Shown here: positions 12,433 through 25,339 of the stretch, one piece after another
Position numbering within the stretch: the stretch's first letter is position 1
How the letters are laid out: each line of letters opens with the position of its first letter
Program-made: the position numbers and the translations under genes
Source: Antedon mediterranea
Lineage: Eukaryota; Animalia; Echinodermata
NCBI RefSeq assembly: GCF_964355755.1
Contig: NC_092671.1
Coordinates: 27,416,070-27,480,069, forward strand
Length of the DNA stretch: 64,000 nucleotides
Direction of reading: 5' to 3'
Notes under the pieces: generated by a model
The model's input: the letters and a program-made list of their open reading frames with translations, nothing else
What the model was told of the DNA's origin: nothing
The model's database searches: none

Positions 12433-15400
12433 TATTTTTTTTTTTTTTTATTTTATTTCGTATTCTTTCAGTAGGGTAGCCCTCTCAGTAATAAAATAAA
12501 CTGCTCTTCCGAGGGGCCCTACGGCACATTTAAACAAAATTTGAAAACAACTTAAACTAAACTAAAACTTAAACTAAAACTAAACTTCAATGCATGTTCT
12601 CATTATTATTATAAATTTTATACCATATTTAAATATATTTCACTGGAACCATCCTAGACCACCGGCAACAATAAATGAATCTTAAGAAGTGATTTAAAAC
12701 GGTTATAATTGTTTTGTTTTCTTAATTCATAAGGTAGGCCATTCCAGAGTGAACTTCCATAATAAACAAAACTACGTTTGTATATTTCGAGGTTACATCT
12801 GGGCAAATACAACAGATTATTTTCATAGTTTCTGGTTTGAATATTGTGTACACTACTAATATATTGCAAAACATCACATAAGTATGAAGGTACAGATTCT
12901 TGTAAACATCTAAATATTGTACAAATATTCAATTCTTGTCTTAATTGTTAGCCAACCTAAATCATAATGCATTTGTCTAACAGGAGTTCGAATATCAGCA
13001 CCTAGTATTAATCGTGCAGCTCTATTTTGTACCCTTTGCAATTTTAAAATATGGGTGTTTGAACCAGTACCCCAGACTGTTGAACAATAGTCAATATGTG
13101 ATAAAAAATAGAGCATTGTATAATCTTTTAATAATTTTAGGAGATGTAAAACTTTTCAATCTATAAAATAGATGTAGAATTTTTGATAGTTTTGCACATG
13201 TAGAATCAATATGTACTTTCCATGAGAGTTGTTCATCAAATGTAAGTCCCAAATATTTAAACGTTTCAACTTTCTCAATCGGAATGTTATCAAAAATTAC
13301 TGTTTCATCTGTTGTTTTATTAACACGTGCATGAGTACCAAAAAGCATGTATTTGGTTTTATCAATGTTTAGAGTTAATTTATGTTTATCTAACCATTGT
13401 TTTACATTTTCCAACTGTTCAGTTAAAACTGTTGTAAGCTCTTCATTTGATTTACATGCATAAAAAAGCGCAGTGTCGTCTGCATAGAGGACTGTTTTAC
13501 AAATCCCATCAACACTATCATGTAAGTCATTTATGTATAAAATAAACAACAAAGGGCCAAGAATTGAGCCTTGTGGTACCCCATAGTTGACATTTAAAAT
13601 TTCAGATTTTTTTCCATTAAAATTAACAAATTGTTTGCGATTTTTTAAATAATTACTGAACCATGCAAGCTCAGTGTTTATCATTCCAAAGGTGCATAAT
13701 TTACGTAATAAAATATCGTGGTCTACCGTATCAAACGCCTTTTTTAGGTCAAGAAAAATTGCTCCAGTTACCAAGCCATTATCAATATTTTTATATATAT
13801 AATTGCATACATCTATCAGTGTAGTAGAAGTTGAATGTAACGACCTAAAACCAGATTGATTTTTACATAATAAATTAAACTCATTTATATGATTCATAAC
13901 TTGATTATGGATGCATCTTTCAAAAACTTTCATAACAATAGGTATAACAGATATTGGACGGTAGTTGTTAAGTTCATGTTTACATCCTCCTTTATAAAGC
14001 GGAGTAACCTTAGCACATTTCCATTCACTTGGAATAACACCAGATCTTAATGACCAGTTAAACAAAAAGGCAAGACTTTGAGAAATTTGTGAAGATGCAA
14101 TTTTAAGTAACCTAGCGGAAATCCCATCAATTCCAGTAGCTTTTCCAATTTCTAACTTTTCCAACAAAGCTTCAATTTCATTTCCATTAATATCTTTAAA
14201 GTTGAAACGTTGTTGAAATTGTGATAACGATTCAACGGTAATATCATTTTGGTTGTCATTAAAATGGGATGCAAGTTCATTAGAAATTGAACAAAAATAT
14301 TTATTAAAATGATTAGCAATATCAGTTGGATTGTTTATTTCATTACCGTTTACATTGAGAGTTGTTTTAGTTTGTTTCTTTTTATTGGGTAAAAAGTCTT
14401 TCAGGGTTTTCCATAATGTTTTAGTGTCATTAACATTATCCTTTAATTTATTATTTATATAGTCGCGTTTTAGTGATTTAGACAAATTATTTAATTTATT
14501 TCTTGCCTTTTTGTAAGAATTCCAATCATCTATGTTCTTAGTTTTTTCGGATTTTTGTTTTAAATAATCACGGTCACGAGAAAGGGAAACAAATTCGTCT
14601 GTAAGCCATGGAATATCAGTTCCCTTCCTCCTGACCGTCACCATAGGAGCATGAATATCACAAATATCAGTAAAAATGTGTTTCCAAATGTCCCAAGCCT
14701 CGTCAGCATCCTCGGACGCCTCACAAATACTCCACGGAGCAGATGCAAGATCAGAAATAAACAAATCTTCGTTAAATTTCCGGAAGGTTCTCGTATGTAA
14801 AATACGCGGGGGCAATTTTATTTTAATTTTTTTACGTATTGCATATATCAATGAGTGGTCGCTAATTCCAATTGGTACAACTCCAGTTTTGCTTATAAAG
14901 TCATCCCTATTTGAAAAAATTAAATCAATACAACTACTACTGTTTTCCGTTACGCGCGTTGGAGTTTTAATATACTGGTTTAATTGGAAAATTTGGTGGA
15001 GGGTTTTAATGTTCCGAGAATGCTGTTTATCAAATATATTCCAATTTAAGTCACCAACAACAATAATCTCTCTTATACTATCTAGTATAAAAGATATTTG
15101 ATCATGCATTATATCAACAAATCCAGTACACGAATTTGGTGGTCTATAAACATTACCTATAACGAACGGTTTAGTGTTAACCGGCTTAATTTTTATCCAT
15201 ACCGATTCAATTGTATTTTCACCAAAGTCAATGACATCAAAATCAACATTTTCGTTTACATAGATAGCCACCCCACCTCCGTGTCTATTTCTGTCTGTTC
15301 TAACTAATAGGTATCCTGGGATTGCAAGTTCACTATTATGTATATTTTGATCTAGCCAGGTTTCACTAATTCCTAAAACATGGAAACGGCATTCCGAAAG

Positions 15401-15700
15401 TAAACTCCGAACATGGTCCACCTTATTATAGAGACTTCTGACATTTAAATGACCAATTTTAAAACCCTTTGTACAATCAGTCTCGCATAATTTGCATAGT
15501 ATGCCAAAAGCAGGATAAACAATAGAGTCGTTACGTAATTCAGCGTCGTCTACGTCGTTGTCTAAAAGGCTTCCCGTACGATGTTCGTTTAACAATTGAA
15601 TTGGTTTAAATGGTTTATTACATGCGTTACAAATAAAATCTAAAATCATCTTATCTACATAAAATACAATACAAATTTAGGACATTTAAAATTCTCTTAC
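12433..15700 (-). mobile_element. CR1/L2-group LINE (Crack/Daphne-like), best-preserved LINE in the window
   Basis: 852-aa APE+RT ORF continued through two frameshifts (12910..13116, 12654..12932). 3' UTR with GGGCCCC / GGGCTACCC stem-loop region and an A-rich tail at 12433-12460. Confidence 0.93.
13091..15649 (-). CDS. LINE ORF2: AP endonuclease plus reverse transcriptase (C-terminus frameshifted)
   Basis: HLNVRSL, GISETWL, VYRPP, GDLN, ISDH, NYRPIS, NQSGFR, FLDLKKAFD, GVPQGSILGP, YADDT. Confidence 0.9.
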   Translation of the reverse strand: MILDFICNACNKPFKPIQLLNEHRTGSLLDNDVDDAELRNDSIVYPAFGILCKLCETDCTKGFKIGHLNVRSLYNKVDHVRSLLSECRFHVLGISETWLDQNIHNSELAIPGYLLVRTDRNRHGGGVAIYVNENVDFDVIDFGENTIESVWIKIKPVNTKPFVIGNVYRPPNSCTGFVDIMHDQISFILDSIREIIVVGDLNWNIFDKQHSRNIKTLHQIFQLNQYIKTPTRVTENSSSCIDLIFSNRDDFISKTGVVPIGISDHSLIYAIRKKIKIKLPPRILHTRTFRKFNEDLFISDLASAPWSICEASEDADEAWDIWKHIFTDICDIHAPMVTVRRKGTDIPWLTDEFVSLSRDRDYLKQKSEKTKNIDDWNSYKKARNKLNNLSKSLKRDYINNKLKDNVNDTKTLWKTLKDFLPNKKKQTKTTLNVNGNEINNPTDIANHFNKYFCSISNELASHFNDNQNDITVESLSQFQQRFNFKDINGNEIEALLEKLEIGKATGIDGISARLLKIASSQISQSLAFLFNWSLRSGVIPSEWKCAKVTPLYKGGCKHELNNYRPISVIPIVMKVFERCIHNQVMNHINEFNLLCKNQSGFRSLHSTSTTLIDVCNYIYKNIDNGLVTGAIFLDLKKAFDTVDHDILLRKLCTFGMINTELAWFSNYLKNRKQFVNFNGKKSEILNVNYGVPQGSILGPLLFILYINDLHDSVDGICKTVLYADDTALFYACKSNEELTTVLTEQLENVKQWLDKHKLTLNIDKTKYMLFGTHARVNKTTDETVIFDNIPIEKVETFKYLGLTFDEQLSWKVHIDSTCAKLSKILHLFYRLKSFTSPKIIKRLYNALFFITY

Positions 15701-15794
15701 ACATTACCTTTTACATTTAGGTAATTGTTTAAGATCGGAAGTTCTGGATTTTATTATTGTCGTTATTTAACTGTTGCGTAGAATGAATTATCTG

Positions 15795-16325
15795 TTATAT
15801 TGGTAAGTGGTCGGAGATGTCTGAAATAAGTATACCGGATGATATTTTTTCGGATAGGGTGTTAGAAAATATATTATCGATCAGCGTCGCTGATTCGTTT
15901 TGTATTCTAGTGGGCCTTGATATCGATGGATGGAACGAATGGGACATCATAATAAATTCATTGATGTCGCCATTTTGTTTAAGAAGATTGATATTAAAGT
16001 CGCCAATAATGTTGCATGGTTTGCTCTCTTTATCGGTAATTGTTAAGACCTCATTTAAAGATTCGTTAAACTTATCAATCTTCATATGGGGAGGTCGGTA
16101 AACAAGTCCGACAATTATATATTTTTTTTTTTTTAAATAATTTCAATAAATATACATTCACAAGAGTTTATCTTTTAAGTTTGTCCGTTTTTTTACCTCA
16201 ACTGTGTTGGAGATAAACATACCTACACCAACCCCCTTTTGTCCACTCTGTCCATTGAATGGAAGTCATAGTTAGGTAAATATGGTCTAATGGATGTATT
16301 CGTAAGCCATGTTTCTGATATACAT
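15795..16325 (-). pseudogene. LINE APE endonuclease fragment
   Basis: ISETW, YRPP, IIGDFNINLL, PTRI, LIDNIF, DISDHLPI. Confidence 0.85.
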
Positions 16326-16499
16326 ACCGATAGCAAAAAATTAGTAGACTTAAGTAGAAATAGCTCTATTTTTAGTAGCCCTAATAGTTTTTTAGTAGAC
16401 CTTTTTAACTCGCCTACTAAGGATTTTAACTCAATGAGTCAAAGATGGAATGACTACTTCCGAGCTATATAAAATAGATAGTGGATAAATATTTAACTG

Positions 16500-17222
16500 G
16501 CTATTATCATTTTGTTTATAGTCATTTGAACATTCAATGTCTTAGGAATAAAGTTGATCACCTAAAAGTCTTCCTTCACATTAATGATGTGGATATTCTA
16601 TGCCTTTCTGAAACTTGGCTAAATTGTAATATTGATAACATGGAAGTCACTATGGTTGTGATATATGTAGATTAGATAAATCAAACTGTAAATCAGGTGG
16701 TGGTATTTTATGTTATATTAAATCTGGAATCTTATTTAAAAATTAAGTACCTTAAGAGAAGATGATGTGGAAGCACTCTGGATTGAGATAAATTTACCAC
16801 ACACTAAACCTATTCTTCTTGGTACGATATACAGACCTCCAAGTGCTACATCTGAATATTTTTGTAAATTCGATACCATGTTTCAAAATTGTACTATGCT
16901 TTATAAGGATGTAGTGATACTTGGTGATTTCAATGTTGATATAGCTAAAAAGTGTAATGCTGATAAAAATTAACAAAATCACTAAACATAGTAATCTAAT
17001 ACAACTATAATCAAAGATTTCACCAGAGTAACTAACACAAGTAAAACCATAATAGAATATTATTTGATTCCAACCAAAATATTTCAACTGCTGGACTTCA
17101 TAGTCTTGGATTAAGTGACAATTCTTTAATTTACCTAATCCAAAAAAATAAAAAGGTTAATGTTCCACCTAAAATTATTAAAACATGTTTATTTAAGAAA
17201 TTTGATGATAATGAATTTATTA
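16500..17222 (+). pseudogene. LINE APE endonuclease fragment
   Basis: HLNIQCL, CLSETWL, GTIYRPP, LGDFN, with several stops and frameshifts. Confidence 0.85.
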
Positions 17223-17224
17223 AT

Positions 17225-17496
17225 AGGGAGGTTTTGCAATCTTACGAAAACGGATACGTCACGCACACGTATTCGTTTTTCGTAAGCCAGTAAAAATCTG
17301 TTTCGCATGGCAACGAAATATTGAGGGCGCCGTCCAAAATATGACTGCGGTAAATTTGAGCGAAGCGCAGGTACGTGTTGCTTGGTGCTTGGCTGCCTAG
17401 GCCTAGCGTAACATCAAAGCGAGTGAGGACTTTAAAAACTGCTATTTATCAAAATTGACCTGGCATTTTAGTAAATTACTTTTAGTAATTTACTTT
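17225..17496. mobile_element. One end of an AT-flanked DNA element (ISL2EU-like) with a subterminal hairpin
   Basis: at|agggaggttttgcaat truncates the LINE; hairpin cttacgaaaacggatacgt / acgtattcgtttttcgtaag. The other end was not found. Confidence 0.45.
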
Positions 17497-18425
17497 TGTT
17501 ACGACCACTTTTGGCCTAGGCCGAAATACCTAAATAGCAACAACGAGGTTTGGAACAAACAATACCCAACACTCGGAGTATTATGCAAGAAGCACGAGCT
17601 CCATTTATTTCCTTTCACGATGCACAATACATGACAACACAAATAGATACATATGATACTGAGTGGTTGGTTTGCCTAGCCATCCGTACACATCACAACT
17701 TCCCCTTCGTCCTGCCTCGCTTCCAGTAGTCTCGAACACCGTTCACTTCAAGCGCCTCCGACTTGTCCCGTCTCGTGAGTGAGCCCTTCCCTTTTCCTCA
17801 CACACTCAACACAGCTTTCCAAAATACCACGCATCACCACGCTCCATTCTGATTCGTCCACTTGACCACCGGCGACTTGATTCGTTTGCATGTGACAGAC
17901 ACCTGACTCTCGTCACACGTAACACTCTTCCCCTTGAAGTTCTTTTTCGACAGGAAAACTTTTGGTGCCTCCTCACCAACCACTGGTATTGGTAAACATC
18001 TAATTTATTACACAATTTCAATTTCACATTACATCATATATTTTCATTTCATTTATTTATTTTATTTTTTTTCAACATTTTAATTTTTATTGCATTTACT
18101 ACTTTTCCTTTACCTTACACACTATTTTAATTTGTATTATTTACTATTTCCTTTTTTCCACACAAGTATATACATTTTTTTTAATTCTTAGTTTTACACA
18201 TCTATATTCATTTGCATTACATTCAAAATATCAATATTCAATTGCATTACATGCATAATATCTATATTCATTTGCATTACATTCATAATATTGTTCACAC
18301 CCAACGAGACAGAGCGTCGGCAATCACATTTTCCTTTCCTTTAACATGCCTAACCTCAACATTGTATTCTTGTAAAGTTAATCCCCACCTCAGCAACCGC
18401 TGATTTTTATTACGCATTTTATAAA
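17497..18425 (-). mobile_element. Ty3/Gypsy 3' end: RNase H C-terminus, 3' UTR, PPT, 428-bp LTR
   Basis: NQRLLRWGLTLQEY..EVRHVKGKENVIADALSR then stop. PPT AAGGGGAAGAG at 17925-17935. LTR 17497-17924 with TGTTACG / CGTAACA termini. Confidence 0.87.
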
Positions 18426-18616
18426 CTAGATGGCGCGTACCATCTAGGTCGTGCCCACAGATGGTTCTCGAATACACAGTATTTCCAGCGAGAAAAAAAT
18501 GGAGATTTCAAATGTACGTACCGCAGGACTATAATACATTGTCGTTTACAGAAACGAATAAATATACACAATGATTTATGTAGTCAACCAAAATTAGCAC
18601 CCTGGGAATTACTTCC

Positions 18617-18657
18617 GAGAGAGAGAGAGAGAGGGTGAGAGAGAGAGAGAGAGAGAA
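18617..18657. repeat. (GA)n microsatellite
   Basis: Direct reading, one interruption. Confidence 0.95.
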
Positions 18658-19020
18658 ACAAAATGAGTCAAATTTTTTTATTTGGACTCATTTAAACAAA
18701 CCCAATTTGTGTTTTGTATGTAACATTAAGGGTTGAGGGATGGGGGAAGAAGATAGGTACAAAGAGGAAACATTTTAAAATATATTCTTATCCACTCAGT
18801 AACGAAATATTGTTTTTAATGTTTTATAGGCCTATAAATTATATACCACTAAATACAGTAAAACATTTACGATTTAATACGGTACTTTGTTAAAACTCTC
18901 ACTGTCATAGTCGATTGAAATAGTAAAGTACATGTAACGATACACCACTACGACGTTTATATATTTTTAAATTATTAATTAATACAAACGTTGAGAAGCA
19001 ACTGTCAGTAATAACGTTTA

Positions 19021-19544
19021 TTTATTTGTATATTATATGTTTATAATCTAACAGTAGGGCCTACCCACACTCACAGTAATAAAGTTTATTTGTATATATT
19101 TTTATATTACATCTAACAGTACCAACACTCACAGTAAGAAATTTGCGATTCAAATTGCGATCAAAAGTGGTTAATACCTTAACAGTATTGTACAGCATTG
19201 CAATACTATTTATGTTTATTCTCCAAGGGGGCCCATAAATATAAATCTATACCTCTATGGTTAAACCAAATAATTTGGAATGTTTATTTGTATATTATAT
19301 GTTTATAATCTAACAGTAGGGCCTACCCACACTCACGGTAATAAAGTTTATTTGTATATATTTTTATATTACATCTAACAGTACCAACACTCACAGTAAG
19401 AAATTTGCGATTCAAATTGAGATCAAAAGTGGTTAATACCTTAACAGTATTGTACAGCATTGCAATACTATTTATGTTTATTCTTCAAGGGGGCCCATAA
19501 ATCTAAATCTATACCTCTATGGTTAAACCAAATAATTTGGAATG
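19021..19544. repeat. 262-bp tandem duplication (2 copies)
   Basis: 19021-19282 and 19283-19544 are near-identical. Confidence 0.92.
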
Positions 19545-19997
19545 TTCCATTCATCACAAATCAATACATTTGTAAAAACGTATATTAAATGTATCAAAAT
19601 AGTATTTTTTAAATAAAATCGGCCTGTCTTCAACATTATGATGCTGTACTCTAGCTGTTCAACCGGTTTTCAGCTATTAAAAACAATTATCGTAGGAGGA
19701 GATAGGAAAATGCGAAGCCTCCTCGCATTTTTGTGGCGGGTATTTTTCAAGATGGACATCCATTAGACAGTGTATACCACGATCGGAAAACACCCCTATT
19801 TGGGGCAAATCGTTGAACCTAAATTCGTTTTAATCGTCAATAACTAATTATCTAACGTAATTTAATTAGTAAACAGGGTTACATCAGGTGGTTAAAATCA
19901 GTACCGAAAGTACGAACCAACTTTATATACCATCGAGTAAAAATTCTAGAAGTAAGGCGCGATTTACCGAATTTTGCCCTTACGTAAATTTATATAT

Positions 19998-21150
19998 AGA
20001 TACTTGCTTTGAATGCAAATTCAACTCCATCAGTTTCATCCTTTTCCAGCTGCATTGATTTTGCCGCAGTGACGTTACTGTGACGTTACTTTTCTTCCTG
20101 CAAAACTTGGTGTCATGCGTTTTATTCTTGCATACTTTACACCACTTTCCTCGATCCTGTTTACTTCTGCATTCAAAAGATTTATGGCCTTGTTTCCCAC
20201 ATTTAAAACATACAATTCCTTCACTTTCTTGTGTTTTCATTACACTATCATCTTTTGTCTCTCTTTGAGCTTTCTCCGACTCTTCGAAGCTTCTCAGCGC
20301 AATTTTAAAATCGGTAAATTTTATCTCCTTTTCTTTTTGCATTATCACGGTCGCAAATGTCCGGAATCGCTGAGGTAGTCCTATTAGGACCATAGCCACA
20401 AGCAAACTGTCGCTAATTTGTTCTTTAGCAGTTTTTAAACTTGTAGCTGCTGTTTCTGCACGAATAACGTAGTCAGTTACACGTTCGTGTTCCTCCATTT
20501 TTAATGAGGTATAGCTCAGTATATAATGATATAATTCTTGGCTTACTTTTTCCCAAATAATGTTCCCGCAGGATTCCTAGAGCCTTTCTTCCATAGTTCT
20601 TTGCGTCTCTCATTATCAAAGATAGACTTCTATCGTCTACTGCACAAGTTCGGCGAACGCATTAGTATTTTTCGCCTCATCGGGAGCGGCTACTCCACCT
20701 TCGCTTTCCGGTACAATAATTTTACTTAATTTTTGTATGTGCATATGTCCTAGGAACTTGACTTCCCACAACTCATATTTAGTTTCGTTTCGTTTCCATT
20801 AAATAAAAGCCGTTTACTGGGCCCATAACCTGTTAAGGTTGTAGGATTGTGAGCCATATCGATATTTGACGCAGATACAAAATGTTCTATCTAGAACTAT
20901 AATAACTTTATTGTAATAAACTATACAAAGTACACATCTACACAGTAGGAATAAATATGGAAGAGTGATTCACATAGAAGAATGTTATCATCTTAAGGAG
21001 TGAGCAAAGCAATGATGGATTGCTTTGTGGTCTGGGGACAGTTCCGGTATATCATCTATTTCTTAGAACAGGAACTTTCACTTATCTATAGGTGAATGAC
21101 CAAGTAGGCTATTGGAAACATTTATTGTACAATGAAAGCACATTTTAACA
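19998..21150 (-). mobile_element. Copia family B, truncated copy (LTR 20831-21150, PBS 20817-20830, frameshifted gag)
   Basis: Highly similar to 41580-42723; TGTTAA / TTAACA termini; an 11-bp duplication gtgacgttact at ~20069-20090. Confidence 0.92.
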
Positions 21151-22439
21151 CAGCCTGTGTTAAAAATTGGGGATTTTTGGCCCCCATCGGTTCAAAGAAG
21201 GCGAATAATTTTTCAATTCCCACTTCTAGTGAAAATTTTAGTATGGTTTTGTCTGTGTGTATGTATGTGTGAAACAATTTTTTGTGGGGACCCATTTCTG
21301 CTGCCAAGAAAAAACCGTTCTTGAAAAGAACAGTATTCAAAACCATATTTTCTGCTCAATAGAAACAGGTCCTTAGTTAAAACTGGTAAAATTAAATCAA
21401 ATACATTTTTTTTCAAATGCAATTTTTCTCCGGGCAGTACATACCTGTACAAATGATGTCACATAGTATTTTTAGTTATCTACTGCTGTTGGACAGATTT
21501 TAACAAGATTTTAAACTATTCTTTTAATAGTTGCATATTTCTTTGATTTTTTATGTAGTGTATTAATATGTATTGCCAATGTAGTATATGTCTTAAACAA
21601 GTAACACAAAATCAAGGAAAATTATCATGTACAATTTGCCATAAATATGTTCATAAATCATGTTCTAACTTAACTACAAACGAATTCAAAGAGAGAGTAA
21701 ACTAAACAAGAAATATTTCTTACAAACAACGCCGCGTAACTTTTTGACTGGACAGTTGTAAGAACAGTCTTCATTAATCTAATATAATAGGTCGGCCAAT
21801 CAAAACGCAAGTGAACAATTGGGACTTTACTTGTGATTTATGTCATTGGCCTGTCAGCACAGTCGTTTCTTTCTAGAATTAAACGCACAAACTTGTATTG
21901 GGAATAATGTATGTTTATGTGGTTATTACTATCGCATTTAGGTATTGATAATAATAATAATATGGCTTTTGAATATATAATTACTGTCTGTAGAATAACA
22001 TTTATACATTTTCGGTTCGCGATGAAAAGTTATATGAATGGATTTGTAATATAGGTATTTATAATAATAGTATATGGGTTGTATTATTGCTAAGCTATTA
22101 CCAAATTACGTTATAACATTATTTCTCAGGGTTTTTTGCACCATTGATCAATACCAAACGCGTATCGGTATTATAGTTTTTAATGAATCATTACATTAAT
22201 AAAAATACCCAATTAAATCAATCGCGTCAGTCCAATTCCGACTTATGTTTCGATCACATAGTTCTGTGTCTACACTGTCCAAACTAGTTTAACAAAAAAA
22301 GTGTGATGTGCCCAAATATGGTAGTGATATGCCCAAATATCGTAGTGATATGACATCGTCATGTCTATATAATATGGGCACATCATATTTAGTTTGATAG
22401 TATAGACAGAGCTTAAGGATTATATTTAAAAAATGTTTT

Positions 22440-23530
22440 CTTACATTTTGAAAAAAAGTATTTATTTGTTTATAAGCCCAATTTTCCAGTCTTAATTTTA
22501 CATTTTGAAAACAAAGTATTTTATTTGTTGATAAGCCCAATTGTGCAGTCTTATTTTACATTTTGAACGAAAGTATTTATTTGTTGATAAGCCCAATTTT
22601 GCAGTCTTATTTTACATTTTGAACGAAAGTATATATTTGTTGATAAGCCGAATTTTCCAGTTTAATAATAATGACCCCTTCCACAGTGCTTATACCATAT
22701 ACATTTTACATGATATTGACCGTGGGTTCTTTACGCCTCTGATGCATTTGTTTTTATTGTACCTTTTTAATAAATTATTATATGTTTAGGCCTAATCACA
22801 CCCAATTTAATGAAACGGTCAGATTCTGATTTCAATTGAACGAAAGTAGTACTGTATTTATTATTCATTGATAAGCCAAGGGTCCCATGGCGTTAGCCGA
22901 TATCTTGAGCATTTGACTCATGTGTCAACCTGTAACACAAATCATTCTTCAAAATCTAAAGAAAGAACCTCACACGTCTTTTTTGTGAGTGATACACTAT
23001 GGATATGCCCACGGAAATAATATGTGGACATTGCAAACAATCATAGGCCTACAGTAACAAACATAACATGGCTAATAAGCATAACATTCAGACTGGTTTG
23101 CTTTCTAGTGGATTTTTATTTACTTTAGCATGTAGAATAAAACTAGTAACAGTGGCTATATTAATAATTATACTGATTATCCTTGATGTTATCGCGTCTA
23201 ATAAAATATTTTGTTGTTGATAAGCCCAATTTTTCAGCCTTGATTTTACATTTTGAACGAAAGTATTTATTTGTTGATAAGCCCAATTTTGCAGTCTTAA
23301 TAATGACCCTTCCACAGTGCATTTTACATGATATTGACCAAGGGTTTTTACGCCTCTATAGCCACTGATCAATACCATAATTAATGTACTTTTTTAAATG
23401 AATATTGAAATGTTTCAACATACCCAATTCAAAAAACGGTCCGTTTTCGAGTTCAATCTTTTGATTAGAGATGTTGGAGTTTCATTTTGAACGAAAGTAT
23501 TTATTTGATTGATAAGCCAAATTTCTAGTC
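22440..23530. repeat. Degenerate ~55-bp repeat clusters (ttttacattttgaacgaaagtatttatttgttgataagcccaatttt) within a larger imperfect direct repeat
   Basis: Four copies at 22440-22660, further copies at ~22840, 23210-23300 and ~23490; downstream flanks are also duplicated. Confidence 0.75.
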
Positions 23531-23839
23531 CTAATGATTTGAGATTCAACGGGTTTTGCTTTCAATTGTATAATAATATAATTATATATATATATATATA
23601 AATATAATATTAAGTATAATTATGAATTCACCAACACTTTCAGGCCCAATAACAATGATCCCGGGCCCGAGTTTTTGTAGACCGGACTTCCATGCACAGC
23701 CACATGTTAAGGAATATGAATCTCTTTATGATTTTAATATGGTTCGAAATGATATTACACAACAACAATTAGACAGCAACTGTGCAAGAGTCCAACTAAT
23801 AAAATCGGAATGATCAATTAATTGAACATTTACAGCATA

Positions 23840-24206
23840 AGGCCCATACACTAGGACGATAACGATCGACGATAAATAGACAAATGTGCATTTTTAATAC
23901 ATAGGCCTAAACCAAAAGAAATATAAACAATTCCTTTGATGACAATTATATTTTCACACGTCCAATCAAATGACGTCATGATTAGTAAGACCAATAATAT
24001 CGTGACAATACAGCGATTTTATTGTTTTTATTTATCATGACGTCATTTGATTGGAATTTGAAAAACATTATTTTTATCAAAGACAGCATAAATGATTATC
24101 CTATAGGTCTAGAACGAAAACCTTTCTAATTTCTTTTGGTTTATGTAAAAAAAATGCATGCTATATATTTATCGTCCGTCGTTATCGTCATAGTGTAATT
24201 GGGCCT
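23840..24206. mobile_element. Near-palindromic MITE, PIF/Harbinger-like
   Basis: aggcccatacactaggacgataacga / tcgttatcgtcatagtgtaattgggcct, internal IR tccaatcaaatgacgtcatga / tcatgacgtcatttgattgga. TSD is imperfect. Confidence 0.75.
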
Positions 24207-25339
24207 TTATACAAAAAAAATAAATTGATTACGAAGTTACATGTCATTTTCAGCTATCACCAAAAAACTAACCTTTTCAACACTAATTAATTGTTACGAA
24301 GCCAATTTATATTATATATTTCATTAAAACTGAACTTTACGGTAAATGAAGAGTAAGTATCAGTTAATATGAATAATATAACTAGAGGTCTATGAACTTG
24401 CGTCCAGACACAGAACTGTGACATTACTATCATAAATGTTGAAACCACTTATAAAACCTTTTTTTAAAGAAAATATAATTGTGTTAGGAGAAGGCTAATA
24501 AACAAATATATAATGTACAAACCTTTTTCTGGATTAATTAATGGAGCAGGCGTTAATAATAATCTGCTGCTACTACCTAGACTGATTGTTCACCTTCTGA
24601 CGATAATTGATTGGACCCCCCCCCCCCCCCACCTCCTCCATGGCATCTGATAACCAAAAAAAAATTTACCAGGACTGTTTCAATGATTTAATATCTGACG
24701 GCGTATTATTATAACATTGGCCTAGATTGACAGTCGAAAGAAAGTCATTGTAAATACCTCCCTTTATGTTGACAGAGCCAAAATAAAGTTTTGACCATTA
24801 TCGAATGATTATTTGACAGTGACTTATTATAATACCGGCCTGGTTGACAGCAAAAACGAAGTTATTATTTATTGAACAAGATTTTACAGATTTCCGTCTA
24901 CATCTCAATAATACTGTATTATCAGCAAAGGCTTTCATATAGACTCTCTTCTCCCAGACGTTTTTTGGGTCCAGCAGCTACCTATAAATTATAGTCGAGT
25001 TTCCAAATTCACAAAACTGTCAGCCTTAGATACTAAAGCTACCGCTATGAAACAGCTTATTAATGAATGTGTCCTCCTGGGACATAGCTGGCTAGAGCCG
25101 CGGCGCGAAAATTTGACACTGCCTAAAATGTAATGAATCCCTACTTATACCGTTTAAATCATATTTGTGATCAAAATGAATTTCTATTGGAAATCTATAA
25201 TACATTTTGAGATAAAAATATTCTAAAAAATTGCAAAAAAAAATGTAGACAATACGAACATCTTGCGATTGACCCACAAGAAATAAATACAAAGAACTCT
25301 GATTATTACTTGCCTGATAAACTGCAGACATGCAAACTG

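Noticed and set aside
14676-15307. Antisense ORFs opposite LINE/copia/Penelope coding regions (also 41359-41945, 26888-27157, 35245-35855)
   Set aside because: Shadow ORFs of TE coding strands with no recognisable motifs.
21151-22300. Possible further non-autonomous element after the copia LTR
   Set aside because: It looks repeat-like, but I could not define paired termini or a TSD.
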